Shown: piece after piece, positions 38,989-49,777 of the stretch | Numbering within the stretch: position 1 is the stretch's first letter | How the letters are laid out: each line of letters opens with the position of its first letter | Translations under genes and position numbers: made by a program | Origin: Patescibacteria group bacterium | Lineage (GTDB): Bacteria > Patescibacteriota > CPR2 > UBA1875 | DNA length: 64,000 nucleotides | NCBI GenBank assembly: GCA_041737595.1 | Contig: JBGSRK010000014.1 | Coordinates: 118-64,117, forward strand | Direction of reading: 5' to 3' | Notes under the pieces: model-generated | What the model saw: the letters and a program-made list of their open reading frames with translations, nothing else | Database searches by the model: none | What the model was told of the DNA's origin: nothing

Positions 38989-39441
38989 CTAATTGTCAAT
39001 ATTATTTATAATCGTATAAGCGGCAATCCCAAAGGCTACAGATACATTTAAAGATTCTTTTATCCCCTTCATTGGGATATTAACAATCAAATCACATATA
39101 TTTATTACTTCCTCTGATAAGCCACTTACTTCATTACCAACCACAAGAGCGATATTATTCTCTTTAAATTTATTAATATTAATTGAATTTTTTGATATTT
39201 CTAGGCCAATTATCTTCATATTTTTATCTTTAAGATCTAAAATAACTTCTAGTATATTTTTAGAAATAATTATCTTTATATTTTTTTCCGCTCCAAGAGA
39301 TGTTTTTATTACTTTATTATTCGATAATGGGTCCGGAGTTATCCCACAAAAATATATATCTTTAATACCTAATGCATCAGCAGTTCTAATAATTGAACCA
39401 ACATTATGTGCACTTCTAATATTATCAAGTATTATAATCAT
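38989..39441 (-). CDS. TrmH/SpoU-family RNA methyltransferase
   Basis: NVGSIIRT, GNEVSG, IPMKG.KESLNVS. Confidence 0.9.
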   Translation of the reverse strand: MIIILDNIRSAHNVGSIIRTADALGIKDIYFCGITPDPLSNNKVIKTSLGAEKNIKIIISKNILEVILDLKDKNMKIIGLEISKNSININKFKENNIALVVGNEVSGLSEEVINICDLIVNIPMKGIKESLNVSVAFGIAAYTIINNIDN

Positions 39442-39526
39442 ATAAGTATCTTAATATATCAGATATTTTTTTTAAAGCTAATATTATAATGTTTTTATAT
39501 ATAAGATATTTATTCTAAATAAATTC

Positions 39527-39555
39527 TTGATATATTTAGTTAAATCTGTTAGAAT
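39527..39555 (+). promoter_or_regulatory. sigma70 promoter of rpmA
   Basis: TTGATA-N17-TAGAAT with an extended TG. Confidence 0.55.
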
Positions 39556-39578
39556 ATTTAAGTTAAAAAAGGCGAGAT

Positions 39579-39860
39579 ATGGCCCATACAAAGGCAGGCA
39601 GATCTACAAGATTAGGCCGCGATTCACAGTCAAAAAGATTAGGTGTTAAAAAATTCGGTGGTGAAAGAGTAAAATCCGGTAATATTTTGATTAGACAAAG
39701 AGGATCAAAATGGGATGCAGGTAAAAACACTAGTGTTGGTAGCGATGATACAATATTTGCTACAACAGATGGTGTTATTAAATTTGAACAAAAAGCTAAG
39801 ACAACCTTTACTGGTAAAAAAATTAGAAAAACTATTATAAACGTAGTCACGCAAAATTAA
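39579..39860 (+). CDS. rpmA: 50S ribosomal protein L27
   Basis: MAHTKAG..T..GRDS..KRLGVK...IRQRG. Confidence 0.97.
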   Translation: MAHTKAGRSTRLGRDSQSKRLGVKKFGGERVKSGNILIRQRGSKWDAGKNTSVGSDDTIFATTDGVIKFEQKAKTTFTGKKIRKTIINVVTQN

Positions 39861-39869
39861 TCAGCCCCA

Positions 39870-39920
39870 TAAAATAATCAAAAAACCAGAGAGTAATTCT
39901 CTGGTTTTTTGATTATTTTA
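39870..39920. terminator. Bidirectional terminator between rpmA and rplI
   Basis: AAAATAATCAAAAAACCAGAGA / TCTCTGGTTTTTTGATTATTTT. Confidence 0.85.
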
Positions 39921-39926
39921 TTTTTA

Positions 39927-40370
39927 TTAGGATCTATCAATAGCAATTTTTATTTTTACTTCTACCCCATGCCCAAGTTTTACATTTACTTCATGAACTC
40001 CTAATTCCTTAATCGGTTCTTCTATTTCTATAGCAGAACCATCAATATCAAATTTGTTTTTGTTAATTGCATCTGCAATTTCTTTTACTCCAACAGAACC
40101 ATAAAGATGTCCTTCTTCATTAACTTCTTCAACTAAAACAATCTTTGTTTTTTTAAGTTTTTCTGCAATTTTTTTTACTTTATCAACATTCTCTGATTCT
40201 TCTTTTTTTATTTTTACTAATTTAGCTTGGATTTCTTTCATTTTTTCATCACTTGCAACCTCTGCTAACCCCCTTCGGATTAAAAAGTTTCGTGCATATC
40301 CCTCTGAAACTTCTTTAACATCCCCCACTTTGTAATCTTCAACATTTTGTAAAAATATTACTTTAGTCAT
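39927..40370 (-). CDS. rplI: 50S ribosomal protein L9
   Basis: GYARNFLI, LYGSV, IKELG. Confidence 0.96.
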   Translation of the reverse strand: MTKVIFLQNVEDYKVGDVKEVSEGYARNFLIRRGLAEVASDEKMKEIQAKLVKIKKEESENVDKVKKIAEKLKKTKIVLVEEVNEEGHLYGSVGVKEIADAINKNKFDIDGSAIEIEEPIKELGVHEVNVKLGHGVEVKIKIAIDRS

Positions 40371-40381
40371 AAATTCCTTTC

Positions 40382-41608
40382 TTATTTAAGCGTTTCTAAT
40401 GCTTTATCAAGTTGAGGGTCTTTCCCTAAATTATAATCATCTTCTGTCATTTTAACCTCAATATCTGGTAAAATTCCTTCTTTACCAATATTTTTTCCAT
40501 TTGGAGTATACCAATGAGCGACTGTAATTCTCATTTTAGAACCATTAGAAAGATTTTCTATTTCTTGTACTGAACCCTTACCAAAAGTTTTTTCACCAAT
40601 TAATGTTCCTCTTTTATGATCTTTTATTGCACCCGCAACTATTTCAGATGCTGAAGCTGAACCATTATTTACTAACACTACAATTTTTATGTCATTTGAA
40701 ACAGCTATACCATTTCCGGTTGCTTTATATGCATTATTTTTAGCAAAAAGAGTGTCTTTTTTTTCTGTTACAATAACACCATCTTTTATAAATTCTGAAG
40801 CAACAGTGACAGACTCGTCTAAATAACCACCCGGGTTATCTCTAAGATCAATAATAATTTTATCAATATCTTTAGAAACAAAATCATTCAATACAATTTT
40901 TAAATCGTTTGTAGTATTTTCATCAAATCGATTAATTGAAATATACCCTACATCTTTATTTTTAATTTCTGATTTAACACTTTTTACAGTAATTTTTGCT
41001 CTAGTTATTTCATATAGTTTTTCTATGCCATTTTTTTCAATTGTTAATTTTACTATACTCCCTTCATCTCCTCTAATTTTTGAAACTGCTAAATTTATGT
41101 CCATACCTGCAGTAATTTCATTATTAATTTTTGAAATATGGTCACCTGCAACTATCCCAGCTTTTTTTGCCGGGGATTCATCAATTGGAGCTATAACTGT
41201 TAATTTATTATCTCTTATGCCAATTTCTGCACCAATCCCTGATATAACTCCCGAAAGGTCATTAGAAAGTTGCTTTGATTCTTCAGGGGTCATAAATGCA
41301 GTATATGGGTCACCTATTGCTCTAGTCATACCATCAATTGCTCCATAAACCATTTTCTGATAATCTAATTTACCATCATAATTTTTTTCAAGTAAATCCC
41401 ATGCTCTCCAAAAAACCGAGAAATCTACAGATGAATTACTAGAGCCTCTCCCAGATAAGTCTGGGGTATACCCATAACCTGAAAATTTAGCATCTTGTCG
41501 CCCTAATATCCAACCAAATATAAAGATAAAAACAAATAAAGCACCAAGGATAATCCTTTTGCTTTTATCTTTTTTATTTATACTTTCTTTAATAAATTTA
41601 TTTGCCAT
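40382..41608 (-). CDS. S41 C-terminal processing peptidase
   Basis: PDZ domain, DLRDNPGG, SASASEI, GKG. Confidence 0.92.
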   Translation of the reverse strand: MANKFIKESINKKDKSKRIILGALFVFIFIFGWILGRQDAKFSGYGYTPDLSGRGSSNSSVDFSVFWRAWDLLEKNYDGKLDYQKMVYGAIDGMTRAIGDPYTAFMTPEESKQLSNDLSGVISGIGAEIGIRDNKLTVIAPIDESPAKKAGIVAGDHISKINNEITAGMDINLAVSKIRGDEGSIVKLTIEKNGIEKLYEITRAKITVKSVKSEIKNKDVGYISINRFDENTTNDLKIVLNDFVSKDIDKIIIDLRDNPGGYLDESVTVASEFIKDGVIVTEKKDTLFAKNNAYKATGNGIAVSNDIKIVVLVNNGSASASEIVAGAIKDHKRGTLIGEKTFGKGSVQEIENLSNGSKMRITVAHWYTPNGKNIGKEGILPDIEVKMTEDDYNLGKDPQLDKALETLK

Positions 41609-41709
41609 GCCATACAATTTTAACAGAAAAAATAGAAATTTAAAATCAAATATTATATGTATTCTAACTTAATTTATTTAGAAATAGAGAAACTACACTT
41701 CAGTAATTA

Positions 41710-42903
41710 TTAGTGAATATAATTTGGATCCCAGTCAGTTCCAATAGTAGAAATTGGGATGTCCATATAATTTAATGGGTCAACTGCATTCCCTGGATAA
41801 GGTCCAACTCCTTGTTCTGACCATCCTGATGGAGTTATAAATAATGAAAAATGAAAATGTGGTGACCAATAAGGGGTTCCCCCTACCCAACCAACTAAAG
41901 TATTAGATGTTACTTTATCTCCAACATTAAGCATTGTTTCTGTAATCATGTGAGCATAAAGGGCATAAAATTCTATATCTTGATTTTCAATATTTACTTT
42001 ATCCATTTTTATCATCGCCCAATTTCCCCATCCACCAGAAGGAGAAGAGCCTTTTGCAAAAACAGTCCCCTTGCCTACTGAGTTTATCTCGGTTCCTGTT
42101 TCAACACCAACATCAAATCCATTATGAATATTGCCTCGATAAGCATTATCAACACCTGCAAATTCTGTCATACCAAATCCTTGAGAAACATACCCACAAC
42201 TCAAAGGAAAGTTAAAAACTGAATATTTTGCTTTTATTATCTTTCCTTCACTTTTACAATAAGCTGTATTTGCCCACGTACCAAATTTTTCAATAAATCT
42301 GTCTCTAATTCTCCTTTCTTCTTCTTCGACCTGAACAAGGTTTGCAACTTTATCGGTTTTTTGTGTATCTATGCTTGTTCTAAGTAATACTTGTATGGTT
42401 TTTAAGGTAGATAAGGACTTTCTTCTTTTTTGAGCATCTTTTTTTAATGCGCTAATACTATCTGATAATTCTTTTAAATTCTCATTTGTTACATTTAAAT
42501 ATTCTGTCCGATCGATAAAATCTGAAAAAGTTTTTGAACTAAATATAAGTTCAAAAAATGATTTATTCCCGTCTTCATAAAGAGCTTTAAGATTTTCAGA
42601 TAAATACCCCTGTTGTTTTTTTAGCTCACTTTCTATTTTTATAAGTTCATCTTCGTTAGATTTAATAGAAGTATCTGTTTTTACTAGTTCATCTTCTAAA
42701 TATTTAAGTTGGTTATCATATCCTTCTATTTGTGTTACTAATTGCTGTCTTTGTTGTCCAAGACTCATTATCTGATTCTTTATTTGTTCTAGATTCTCTG
42801 CCCAACCAAAATATGGGAAAACAAATATTAAAGAAACTAAAATTAGTCCCCAAACAATTATTCCTATTTTTAAATTTTTGTATTTCCCCCTAAATAATTT
42901 CAA
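41710..42903 (-). CDS. Coiled-coil M23 peptidase
   Basis: PcsB-like coiled coil, HNGFD, YAH, PHFHF. Confidence 0.88.
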   Translation of the reverse strand: MKLFRGKYKNLKIGIIVWGLILVSLIFVFPYFGWAENLEQIKNQIMSLGQQRQQLVTQIEGYDNQLKYLEDELVKTDTSIKSNEDELIKIESELKKQQGYLSENLKALYEDGNKSFFELIFSSKTFSDFIDRTEYLNVTNENLKELSDSISALKKDAQKRRKSLSTLKTIQVLLRTSIDTQKTDKVANLVQVEEEERRIRDRFIEKFGTWANTAYCKSEGKIIKAKYSVFNFPLSCGYVSQGFGMTEFAGVDNAYRGNIHNGFDVGVETGTEINSVGKGTVFAKGSSPSGGWGNWAMIKMDKVNIENQDIEFYALYAHMITETMLNVGDKVTSNTLVGWVGGTPYWSPHFHFSLFITPSGWSEQGVGPYPGNAVDPLNYMDIPISTIGTDWDPNYIH

Positions 42904-42916
42904 ATAACCCCCTAGG

Positions 42917-44110
42917 TTACCAAGGTATTACAGCCTTATATACCTGTGAAATACTATAAGCATGATTGGTTCCAAAATATGGATCATTAATATAATATTT
43001 ACCACCAGATGTACTTTTGGCTAATACAAAGTGAGTATCTCCATAGCTGTTAAGGTATAAACCAAAAATAACAGGCTTACCTTGAGATAAGGCAAGATTT
43101 ATTGCAGTCCAATTCCCAGTCACATTTTGACCATAACTACCTATCATATAACCATCATAAGTAAAACTATGTCTTGAAGCCTCAACAGGTGGAGTTACTC
43201 CGTGTGCCATTGCTAAACTTGTAATTAGACAGCCATAATTCGCATAAGTACAGTCCCAGCAGGGAGCATATTTTTGACTGCCCCAGGGAGATGAAGTTTG
43301 ATTATAATATAAAGGAGTATTAGATGAGACTAGATCACCATTTGCAACACTTTGACAACCACCAGCGGCTATACAATGTAAAATACCCATTCTTGCATTG
43401 TTGCTATTAACAACTGATTGATATGCACTTTCACTCCCATTAGTTTGGACTAGTAAATAATCTTTTTGCTGTTTTTTTATATTTATACTTGTTCTTTGAG
43501 ATAGTGTTTCAGATTTTAATTGTTGTGCTTTATTTCTCTTGGTTTCCATTTCCTTTTTTTTTGAATCTAATTCATTTTTTAAATCAAGAATTTTTGTAGC
43601 ATTTTCTTTTATATTTAATTGCATAACTTCAATATATTCACTTCTATCTAAAAATTCAGAAAAACTTTGAGATTTTGCAATAAGTTCAATATTTGAGACT
43701 TGTCCATCTTCATACATAACACGCATTATTTCACCAAGTTGTGCTTGTCGTATTTTTAAATCACTTTCAGCTTGAGTTATTTGAACACCGATATTGCTTA
43801 TTTGTATAGTGGTAAGATCAATTTCCTTTTGAGCAGAATTAATTTGTAACTGCAACTGATATATTTGAGAATTAAAAAGAGAAATTTCCTCGCTTAATGT
43901 TCTTTTTTTCCCTTGTAGTTGAGTAATTTGCGCTTGAGCTGCAGCACTTTCCGCGTTTAATCTGTCTATTTCCGCTTGAGCCTCTGCTTGAGTCATAGCA
44001 AAAACTTGCAAAGGCATTAAAAATAGCGCCAAACCAATAACTATAGCTTGTGCGCCTTTTATAAATTTAGAAAATATTTGTTTTTGTATTGACCCCTGCT
44101 TTTTGTTCAT
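42917..44110 (-). CDS. PcsB-like coiled coil plus C39-like peptidase
   Basis: YYNQ, GCLITS, HFV, INDP. Confidence 0.8.
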   Translation of the reverse strand: MNKKQGSIQKQIFSKFIKGAQAIVIGLALFLMPLQVFAMTQAEAQAEIDRLNAESAAAQAQITQLQGKKRTLSEEISLFNSQIYQLQLQINSAQKEIDLTTIQISNIGVQITQAESDLKIRQAQLGEIMRVMYEDGQVSNIELIAKSQSFSEFLDRSEYIEVMQLNIKENATKILDLKNELDSKKKEMETKRNKAQQLKSETLSQRTSINIKKQQKDYLLVQTNGSESAYQSVVNSNNARMGILHCIAAGGCQSVANGDLVSSNTPLYYNQTSSPWGSQKYAPCWDCTYANYGCLITSLAMAHGVTPPVEASRHSFTYDGYMIGSYGQNVTGNWTAINLALSQGKPVIFGLYLNSYGDTHFVLAKSTSGGKYYINDPYFGTNHAYSISQVYKAVIPW

Positions 44111-44233
44111 TTTCCCTCTGTATGCATATTATATTACTTTTACCAAATGCTTGTCAATAGTTTAAGCACAAAAATATAATATATTTAAGTAATAAAAGAT
44201 CGTATTTTATTATATCATTTATAAGAAAGAATA

Positions 44234-45148
44234 CTACTTAGCACTTTTTAAATACTTACGTAGTGCTAACCATGAACTAGTTACACCGATGATAATACCA
44301 ATCCCGAGTTGAACAAGTAAAATAACAACAACATTATTATATAAATATGAATTAACATCTGACCCAACCCCTCCAAAATAATTTGTAAGTGATGGACCTG
44401 TGTAATAAAGAATCGCTGCAAGTGAAATCATAGTTATAATTGTTGCAATAATTCCATAAAGTGCACCTTCAAGAATAAAAGGACCTCTTATAAACCAATT
44501 TGTGGCACCTACCAGTCTCATAATTTCAATATCATCTTTTTGTGAAAATATTGCAATTCTGATTGTATTAAAAACAATAATAAGAGTAATAAGAGCAAAG
44601 GCGGTTGTTGCTCCAATACCTACTTTTTTAATAAATTCTGTTGCACTAAAAAGCTTATCAATAACTATCTTATTTTCTTTATAACTAACTTTTCTAATTA
44701 ACCCCTTATAATTATCTTCTTCAAAAACCTTAGTGACTTGCTCAAGCTTTGCGGGATCATAAACTTTTACCTCAAGTGAAGCTGGAAGTGGGTTATCTAT
44801 ACCTTCTAGGGATTCAAGCAATTTTTGATTATTTTTATTCTGTTCTTTATATCGTATTAATGCTTCGTCTTTTGAAACATATTTAACTGATTTAACATCT
44901 GAACTGTCAGCAATTACTTTCTGTAAATCTAAAATATCTTCTTCTTTTGCAGTGTCATTTAAATATGCAGAAACATCAATTTTTTCTTGAATTGCTTGTA
45001 TCCCAGTCGTAAGTGCGATATTTACAATTAAAAAGGTAGAAAGCGACAAAAGAGTTAATACCATTATTGTGGTTGAGGCAAAAGATAAGACTCCATTTCT
45101 TACGAAATTTGTAAAACCAGCTTTAATTATTCTCCACATTGTAATCAT
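44234..45148 (-). CDS. ftsX: Cell division permease FtsX
   Basis: NPLP, IMRLVGAT..FIRGPF, adjacent to ftsE. Confidence 0.93.
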   Translation of the reverse strand: MITMWRIIKAGFTNFVRNGVLSFASTTIMVLTLLSLSTFLIVNIALTTGIQAIQEKIDVSAYLNDTAKEEDILDLQKVIADSSDVKSVKYVSKDEALIRYKEQNKNNQKLLESLEGIDNPLPASLEVKVYDPAKLEQVTKVFEEDNYKGLIRKVSYKENKIVIDKLFSATEFIKKVGIGATTAFALITLIIVFNTIRIAIFSQKDDIEIMRLVGATNWFIRGPFILEGALYGIIATIITMISLAAILYYTGPSLTNYFGGVGSDVNSYLYNNVVVILLVQLGIGIIIGVTSSWLALRKYLKSAK

Positions 45149-45825
45149 ACGGTATATTTCCCCACTTTTTCATCTTTAATAATTTTACCCTTAGAAAGAG
45201 TTATAACTCGTTTCTTAAGGTTATCAACGATATCTTTATTGTGAGTAGTAAGGAGTACGGTAGTCCCAAAGCTATTTATTTTAAGAAGTAAGTCGATAAT
45301 TTCCCAGGCATTTTTTGGATCAAGATTTCCTGTAGGTTCGTCTGCAATTAATATTTTTGGTTGGTGGACAAGCGCTCTTGCAATTACTACTCTCTGTTTT
45401 TCTCCGCCAGAGAGCTCATCAGGCGTACATTTTGAATTTTTAGAAAGGCCAACAAGCTGAAGAATTTTAGGAACTCTTTCTCTAATTTCTTTGTTTGAAA
45501 TTCCAGCTACTTCAAGAGCATATGAAACATTCTCATATACACTTTTTTTGGGAAGAAGTTTAAAATCTTGATAAACAATTCCTATTTTTCTGCGTAGATA
45601 TGGTATATTTCTTTTTGGGAATTTTGAATAATCAATTCCACCAACATTAATTTTCCCCTTTGTTGGTTTTTCTTCCATATTAATAAGTTTAATCATAGTT
45701 GATTTACCGGCACCAGAATGTCCAACAACACAAACAAACTCTCTAGGTTTTATACTTAGAGAAACGTCATCTAGTGCAGCTTTATCTTTTAAATATATTT
45801 TAGAAACGTTTTCAAATTTTATCAA
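45145..45825 (-). CDS. ftsE: Cell division ATP-binding protein FtsE
   Basis: [20 protein letters not shown]. Confidence 0.93.
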   Translation of the reverse strand: MIKFENVSKIYLKDKAALDDVSLSIKPREFVCVVGHSGAGKSTMIKLINMEEKPTKGKINVGGIDYSKFPKRNIPYLRRKIGIVYQDFKLLPKKSVYENVSYALEVAGISNKEIRERVPKILQLVGLSKNSKCTPDELSGGEKQRVVIARALVHQPKILIADEPTGNLDPKNAWEIIDLLLKINSFGTTVLLTTHNKDIVDNLKKRVITLSKGKIIKDEKVGKYTV

Positions 45826-45884
45826 GCGAACCCCCTCATATATTCAATTGTAACAATTGAATATATAATTCTCAAGTATGAAAT

Positions 45885-46976
45885 TTATTTTTCTTCAATT
45901 GGAGTTTTAAGATAAGCTTCAATAAAAATATCTAAATTACCGTCTAAAACCCCTGAAGTGTCTGAGGTTTCTGTATTATTCCTATGGTCCTTAACCATTT
46001 GGTAAGGATGAATTACATATGACCGAATTTGAGATCCCCATTCTGCAGTCATATTTTCACCTTTAATAATCTTAAGCTCTTTTTCTCTTTCTGAATCAGT
46101 GAGTATTTGAAGTCTTGATTTTAATACTTTCATTGCTTTGGCTCTATTTTGTATTTGTGAACGTTCATTTTGACACGTGACGACTGTGCCCGTTGGAATA
46201 TGTGTAATTCTAACAGCTGAATCGGTAGTATTAACAGATTGTCCCCCATGCCCAGATGCTCTATATGTGTCAATTTTTAGATCAGATTCAGGTATAGATA
46301 TATCGGTTTTTTCAATCTCTGGGATTACCTCAACTAAAGAAAAAGAAGTATGTCTTGCTTTATCAGAATCATAAGGTGATATTCTTACAAGTCTGTGAAC
46401 TCCTCTTTCTGATTTTAATTGACCATAAGCAAACGCTCCAGAGATTTCGATAGTTGCCCCCTTAATGCCCGCTTCAGCCCCTGGAGTAGAATGAATAATA
46501 GTAGCAGTAAGATTATGTTTTTCGGTATATTTTAAATACATAGTAAGAAGCATTTCTGACCAATCTTGGGCATCTACTCCTCCAGCCCCGGAATATATCG
46601 AAAGTATTGCATTTTCTTGATCATATTTACCTGAATAGTATGTTTCTGTTTCATGCTCTTTTAATTCTTTTTCTAACTCTTTGGATTTATTTTCAATTTC
46701 TAAAAATATTTCATCCTCTTTTTCTGTATTTTCTAAAAGCTCGATAAGTTCAGTGGCTTCTTTTTCCATTTTTCTCCATGGAGCTACAATTTGTTTAATA
46801 TTATTTATTTTTTTAGTAATGTCTTGAGCATTTTCAGTATCATCCCAAAAATTACTTTTTAGAGATCCTTCTTCTAAAAAATCGAGCTCTATCTCTTTTT
46901 TATCCAATCCCAAGACATTAATTGCCTCAGCAATTCTATTTTTTATATCAATTAATTTTTCTTTTAACTCTTTCAT
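45885..46976 (-). CDS. prfB: Peptide chain release factor 2
   Basis: SPY (SPF-type) motif, GGQ, WGSQIRSY. Single uninterrupted ORF. Confidence 0.95.
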   Translation of the reverse strand: MKELKEKLIDIKNRIAEAINVLGLDKKEIELDFLEEGSLKSNFWDDTENAQDITKKINNIKQIVAPWRKMEKEATELIELLENTEKEDEIFLEIENKSKELEKELKEHETETYYSGKYDQENAILSIYSGAGGVDAQDWSEMLLTMYLKYTEKHNLTATIIHSTPGAEAGIKGATIEISGAFAYGQLKSERGVHRLVRISPYDSDKARHTSFSLVEVIPEIEKTDISIPESDLKIDTYRASGHGGQSVNTTDSAVRITHIPTGTVVTCQNERSQIQNRAKAMKVLKSRLQILTDSEREKELKIIKGENMTAEWGSQIRSYVIHPYQMVKDHRNNTETSDTSGVLDGNLDIFIEAYLKTPIEEK

Positions 46977-47072
46977 ATTTTATCTATTTTAACATTATAT
47001 TAACTGTCTTCATAACCAAAGAGGCACTTTACTAATGTACATTAGTAAAGTGCCAACCTTTTATTGCTTATT

Positions 47073-48947
47073 TCATTTTTTTAGAGCGCCAAGAAGATTT
47101 TTCTTTGAACGTATCCAGGCAAGTAGTCCACCCGAAAGTGTCATAGATGCACCGGCAGCCCCGGCAGTTTCAATTGGACCAGAAACTGGAAGAGTTTCTC
47201 CCCCACTTGGTGGTGTTACAGGAGGTGTTATAGGAGGTGTTGTTATTCTTTGGTTACCAAATACTGTAACTTCAGTTTCTCCTTCTTCTATCTCTCTTGA
47301 AAGGGTTATCCCTGTAGTATTAATCCAGTCATCCCTTAAAACTTCAGTAACTGTATATTCACCAGGTTCGAGATCAGTTAGCTCTGCAAAACCATTAGAA
47401 TCAGTAGTTAGTGTTTCTCGGAAATTTGGACCAGTTACTATAAACTGCCATCCAGCTAAATTTTGTTCTCCATTATCTTGAATTCTATTATTATTAGCAT
47501 CTTCAAATTTATATACTTGAAGATTAGATTTTAGCGGAATTCTTTGGTTACCAAACACAACAGTAGTATCACCTGAAAGACGTACATCAACAGTACCAGA
47601 AGTAGTAATTCTCCATCCTGACTGTTCAATTTCTCTAACTGTATATGTACCTGCAAGCAAATTACTTAGTGTTGCAACCCCTGAAGTATTGGTAGTAATA
47701 GTTTGATCAACATTATTACCCGTTACTCTAAACTGCCAACCTGATATTAATGGTTCAGTTAAATTTTCTCTAGAACCATTCCCATTAACATCATTAAACT
47801 TTTGAACATTTAAAGAGTATCTAAGCGGAATTCTTTGATTACCAAACACAACTGTAGTATTACCAGCAACATTTACATTTACAGTACCTGAAGTAGTAAT
47901 TCTCCATCCTGACTGCTCAATTTCTCTAACAGTATAACTACCAGCTGTAAGATTACTTAGTGTTGCAATACCAGAGCTATTAGTGGTAATTGTTCGATCG
48001 ATACCATTCCCTGTTACTCTAAACTGCCAATTTGGTAAAAGTGCTTCTGAAGAAATTTCACGAGTTCCATTACCATTAACATCATTAAACTTTTGAACTG
48101 TTAATGTATATGCGGCAGGAAGTATTCTTTGGTTACCAAACACTCTACCAATTCTTGCTCCTGCGGCTCCTGAGGCCACAAGTGTTTGAGGATTTTGAGT
48201 TGTAACTCTATAACCACTCGGTACCGATTCAGCGATAGTATATGTTCCTCCGGCCATACCATAAAACCATGCATAACCCATTGAATCTGTTACTGCGGTT
48301 TTATTTACTCCGTTACCAGTTAGCCTAAATGTTACGCCTTGGTGTCTTTGGTTTTCATTTGAATCCCAATGACCATTCCCATTAGCATCAATAAATTTAA
48401 GAGCATAAAGTCTATATGTTGGAGCAGGAGCTAAAATTTTACCAGGGACTATATTCCCACAAGATTTAATAATAGCCATTCTAAAAGAGCCATCAGTATT
48501 TAGGTATATGAAGGCCGGGATTGAATTTGAAATAAAACTTTGAGCAGGATGTCTTAAATATAGTGGATAGCTTATACCAGAAACTTGGGTAGACCCTGAT
48601 GTCCAATGTCTCCCCATAGAATAAACATTAGAAGCAATTGTTTTCCCGTTTAATACAACAGTATTTGATTTTGTGACATATCCTTCTTTAAGTTTCCCAT
48701 AGTCAGCAACATTGTAACCAAATTTATTATATAAGGCAGTTAGTTGTGTAGCGGACTGATTTGTTCTTCCGGTACCATTTCTTATTTTATTATTTAATTC
48801 TGTTGTAGTTAAAGTCCCACAATAAATAACAGCATTATCATCACAATCTCGTCCACTACCACCATTTACTATTAAAGGGGAAATTAATACACCAGAAAGT
48901 AAAGCTACTGAAAGTACCACAAACATTTTTTTAAATATATTTTTCAT
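47073..48947 (-). CDS. Sortase-anchored surface protein with four SdrD-B/Cna-B-like repeats
   Basis: Signal peptide, RDCDDNAVIYCG domain, KFxDxNxN repeats of about 97 aa, LPVSG followed by a hydrophobic stretch and basic tail. Confidence 0.85.
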   Translation of the reverse strand: MKNIFKKMFVVLSVALLSGVLISPLIVNGGSGRDCDDNAVIYCGTLTTTELNNKIRNGTGRTNQSATQLTALYNKFGYNVADYGKLKEGYVTKSNTVVLNGKTIASNVYSMGRHWTSGSTQVSGISYPLYLRHPAQSFISNSIPAFIYLNTDGSFRMAIIKSCGNIVPGKILAPAPTYRLYALKFIDANGNGHWDSNENQRHQGVTFRLTGNGVNKTAVTDSMGYAWFYGMAGGTYTIAESVPSGYRVTTQNPQTLVASGAAGARIGRVFGNQRILPAAYTLTVQKFNDVNGNGTREISSEALLPNWQFRVTGNGIDRTITTNSSGIATLSNLTAGSYTVREIEQSGWRITTSGTVNVNVAGNTTVVFGNQRIPLRYSLNVQKFNDVNGNGSRENLTEPLISGWQFRVTGNNVDQTITTNTSGVATLSNLLAGTYTVREIEQSGWRITTSGTVDVRLSGDTTVVFGNQRIPLKSNLQVYKFEDANNNRIQDNGEQNLAGWQFIVTGPNFRETLTTDSNGFAELTDLEPGEYTVTEVLRDDWINTTGITLSREIEEGETEVTVFGNQRITTPPITPPVTPPSGGETLPVSGPIETAGAAGASMTLSGGLLAWIRSKKNLLGALKK

Positions 48948-48993
48948 ACCCAACTCTTTCTGCCAAGACCTACTAATTTTTACTTGACTTATG

Positions 48994-49022
48994 AGTATAT
49001 CATACCAAACAAACCTTGTCAA
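48994..49022 (-). promoter_or_regulatory. sigma70 promoter of the surface protein gene
   Basis: TTGACA-N17-TATACT with an extended TG. Confidence 0.7.
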
Positions 49023-49087
49023 TAGTAAAAACTAATATATGAATATTAACATGATAATCGTCACTATTATATGTAAAAATAACTAAA

Positions 49088-49777
49088 TTATATTAAAAAT
49101 ATCATCCCAATACCTAGTGAAATCATTAAAATTGCAAGTAATAAGTGCATTTTTCTACCCATGCGTTCTTGCCAATTAATAAATCTTTCAGTTAATATTT
49201 TATTAGAAGCAACTCCTAAAATTATTAATAATGGAGAAACAAACATTAAATTATAAAGACCTAAATAAATCATTCCCGATATAACAGTAGTCTTAAATTT
49301 TAAATACGTTAATATCCCAATGTATACTGAACCAGAACATGGGAGTTCAGAGGCTGCTATGATTACACCTAAAATTATAGCGGAAAAAATATCAGCTTTA
49401 AAAGCAAGTTTACTTGCCATTTCTCTAATTTTAAATGGGATTCTTAATGTTGGCCCTAAATTTGGGAAAAAATATTCCTTAATATTTAAAACACCAAAAA
49501 ATATTGTTAATATCGCTGCTATAAATATCATATACCCAGAAATATTATTAGTAGATAATTTAGTTAAAAGGCCAAGGAGTTGATAATAGAAAAGTCCAAT
49601 AATAAAATATGTTACAAATACAGAAGCAACATATGTTAACCCAAAGCCTAAAATTTCTCTTCTTGACTTTCCAATCGTGAAAAGAACAGAAATAAATAAC
49701 AAAATTACTGAGATTGCACACGGGTTAAAAGAATCTAACAATCCAGTTGATAATACTAATGGTAATGTTACATTCAT
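49088..49777 (-). CDS. CcdA/DsbD-like membrane protein
   Basis: DSFNPCA and ELPCSG Cys pair within TM helices. Confidence 0.8.
   Translation of the reverse strand: MNVTLPLVLSTGLLDSFNPCAISVILLFISVLFTIGKSRREILGFGLTYVASVFVTYFIIGLFYYQLLGLLTKLSTNNISGYMIFIAAILTIFFGVLNIKEYFFPNLGPTLRIPFKIREMASKLAFKADIFSAIILGVIIAASELPCSGSVYIGILTYLKFKTTVISGMIYLGLYNLMFVSPLLIILGVASNKILTERFINWQERMGRKMHLLLAILMISLGIGMIFLI

Noticed and set aside
47400-48140. ~291-bp tandem repeats as CRISPR or a second DGR
   Set aside because: They are in-frame protein domain repeats with no spacers and no obvious adenine-specific mismatch pattern.
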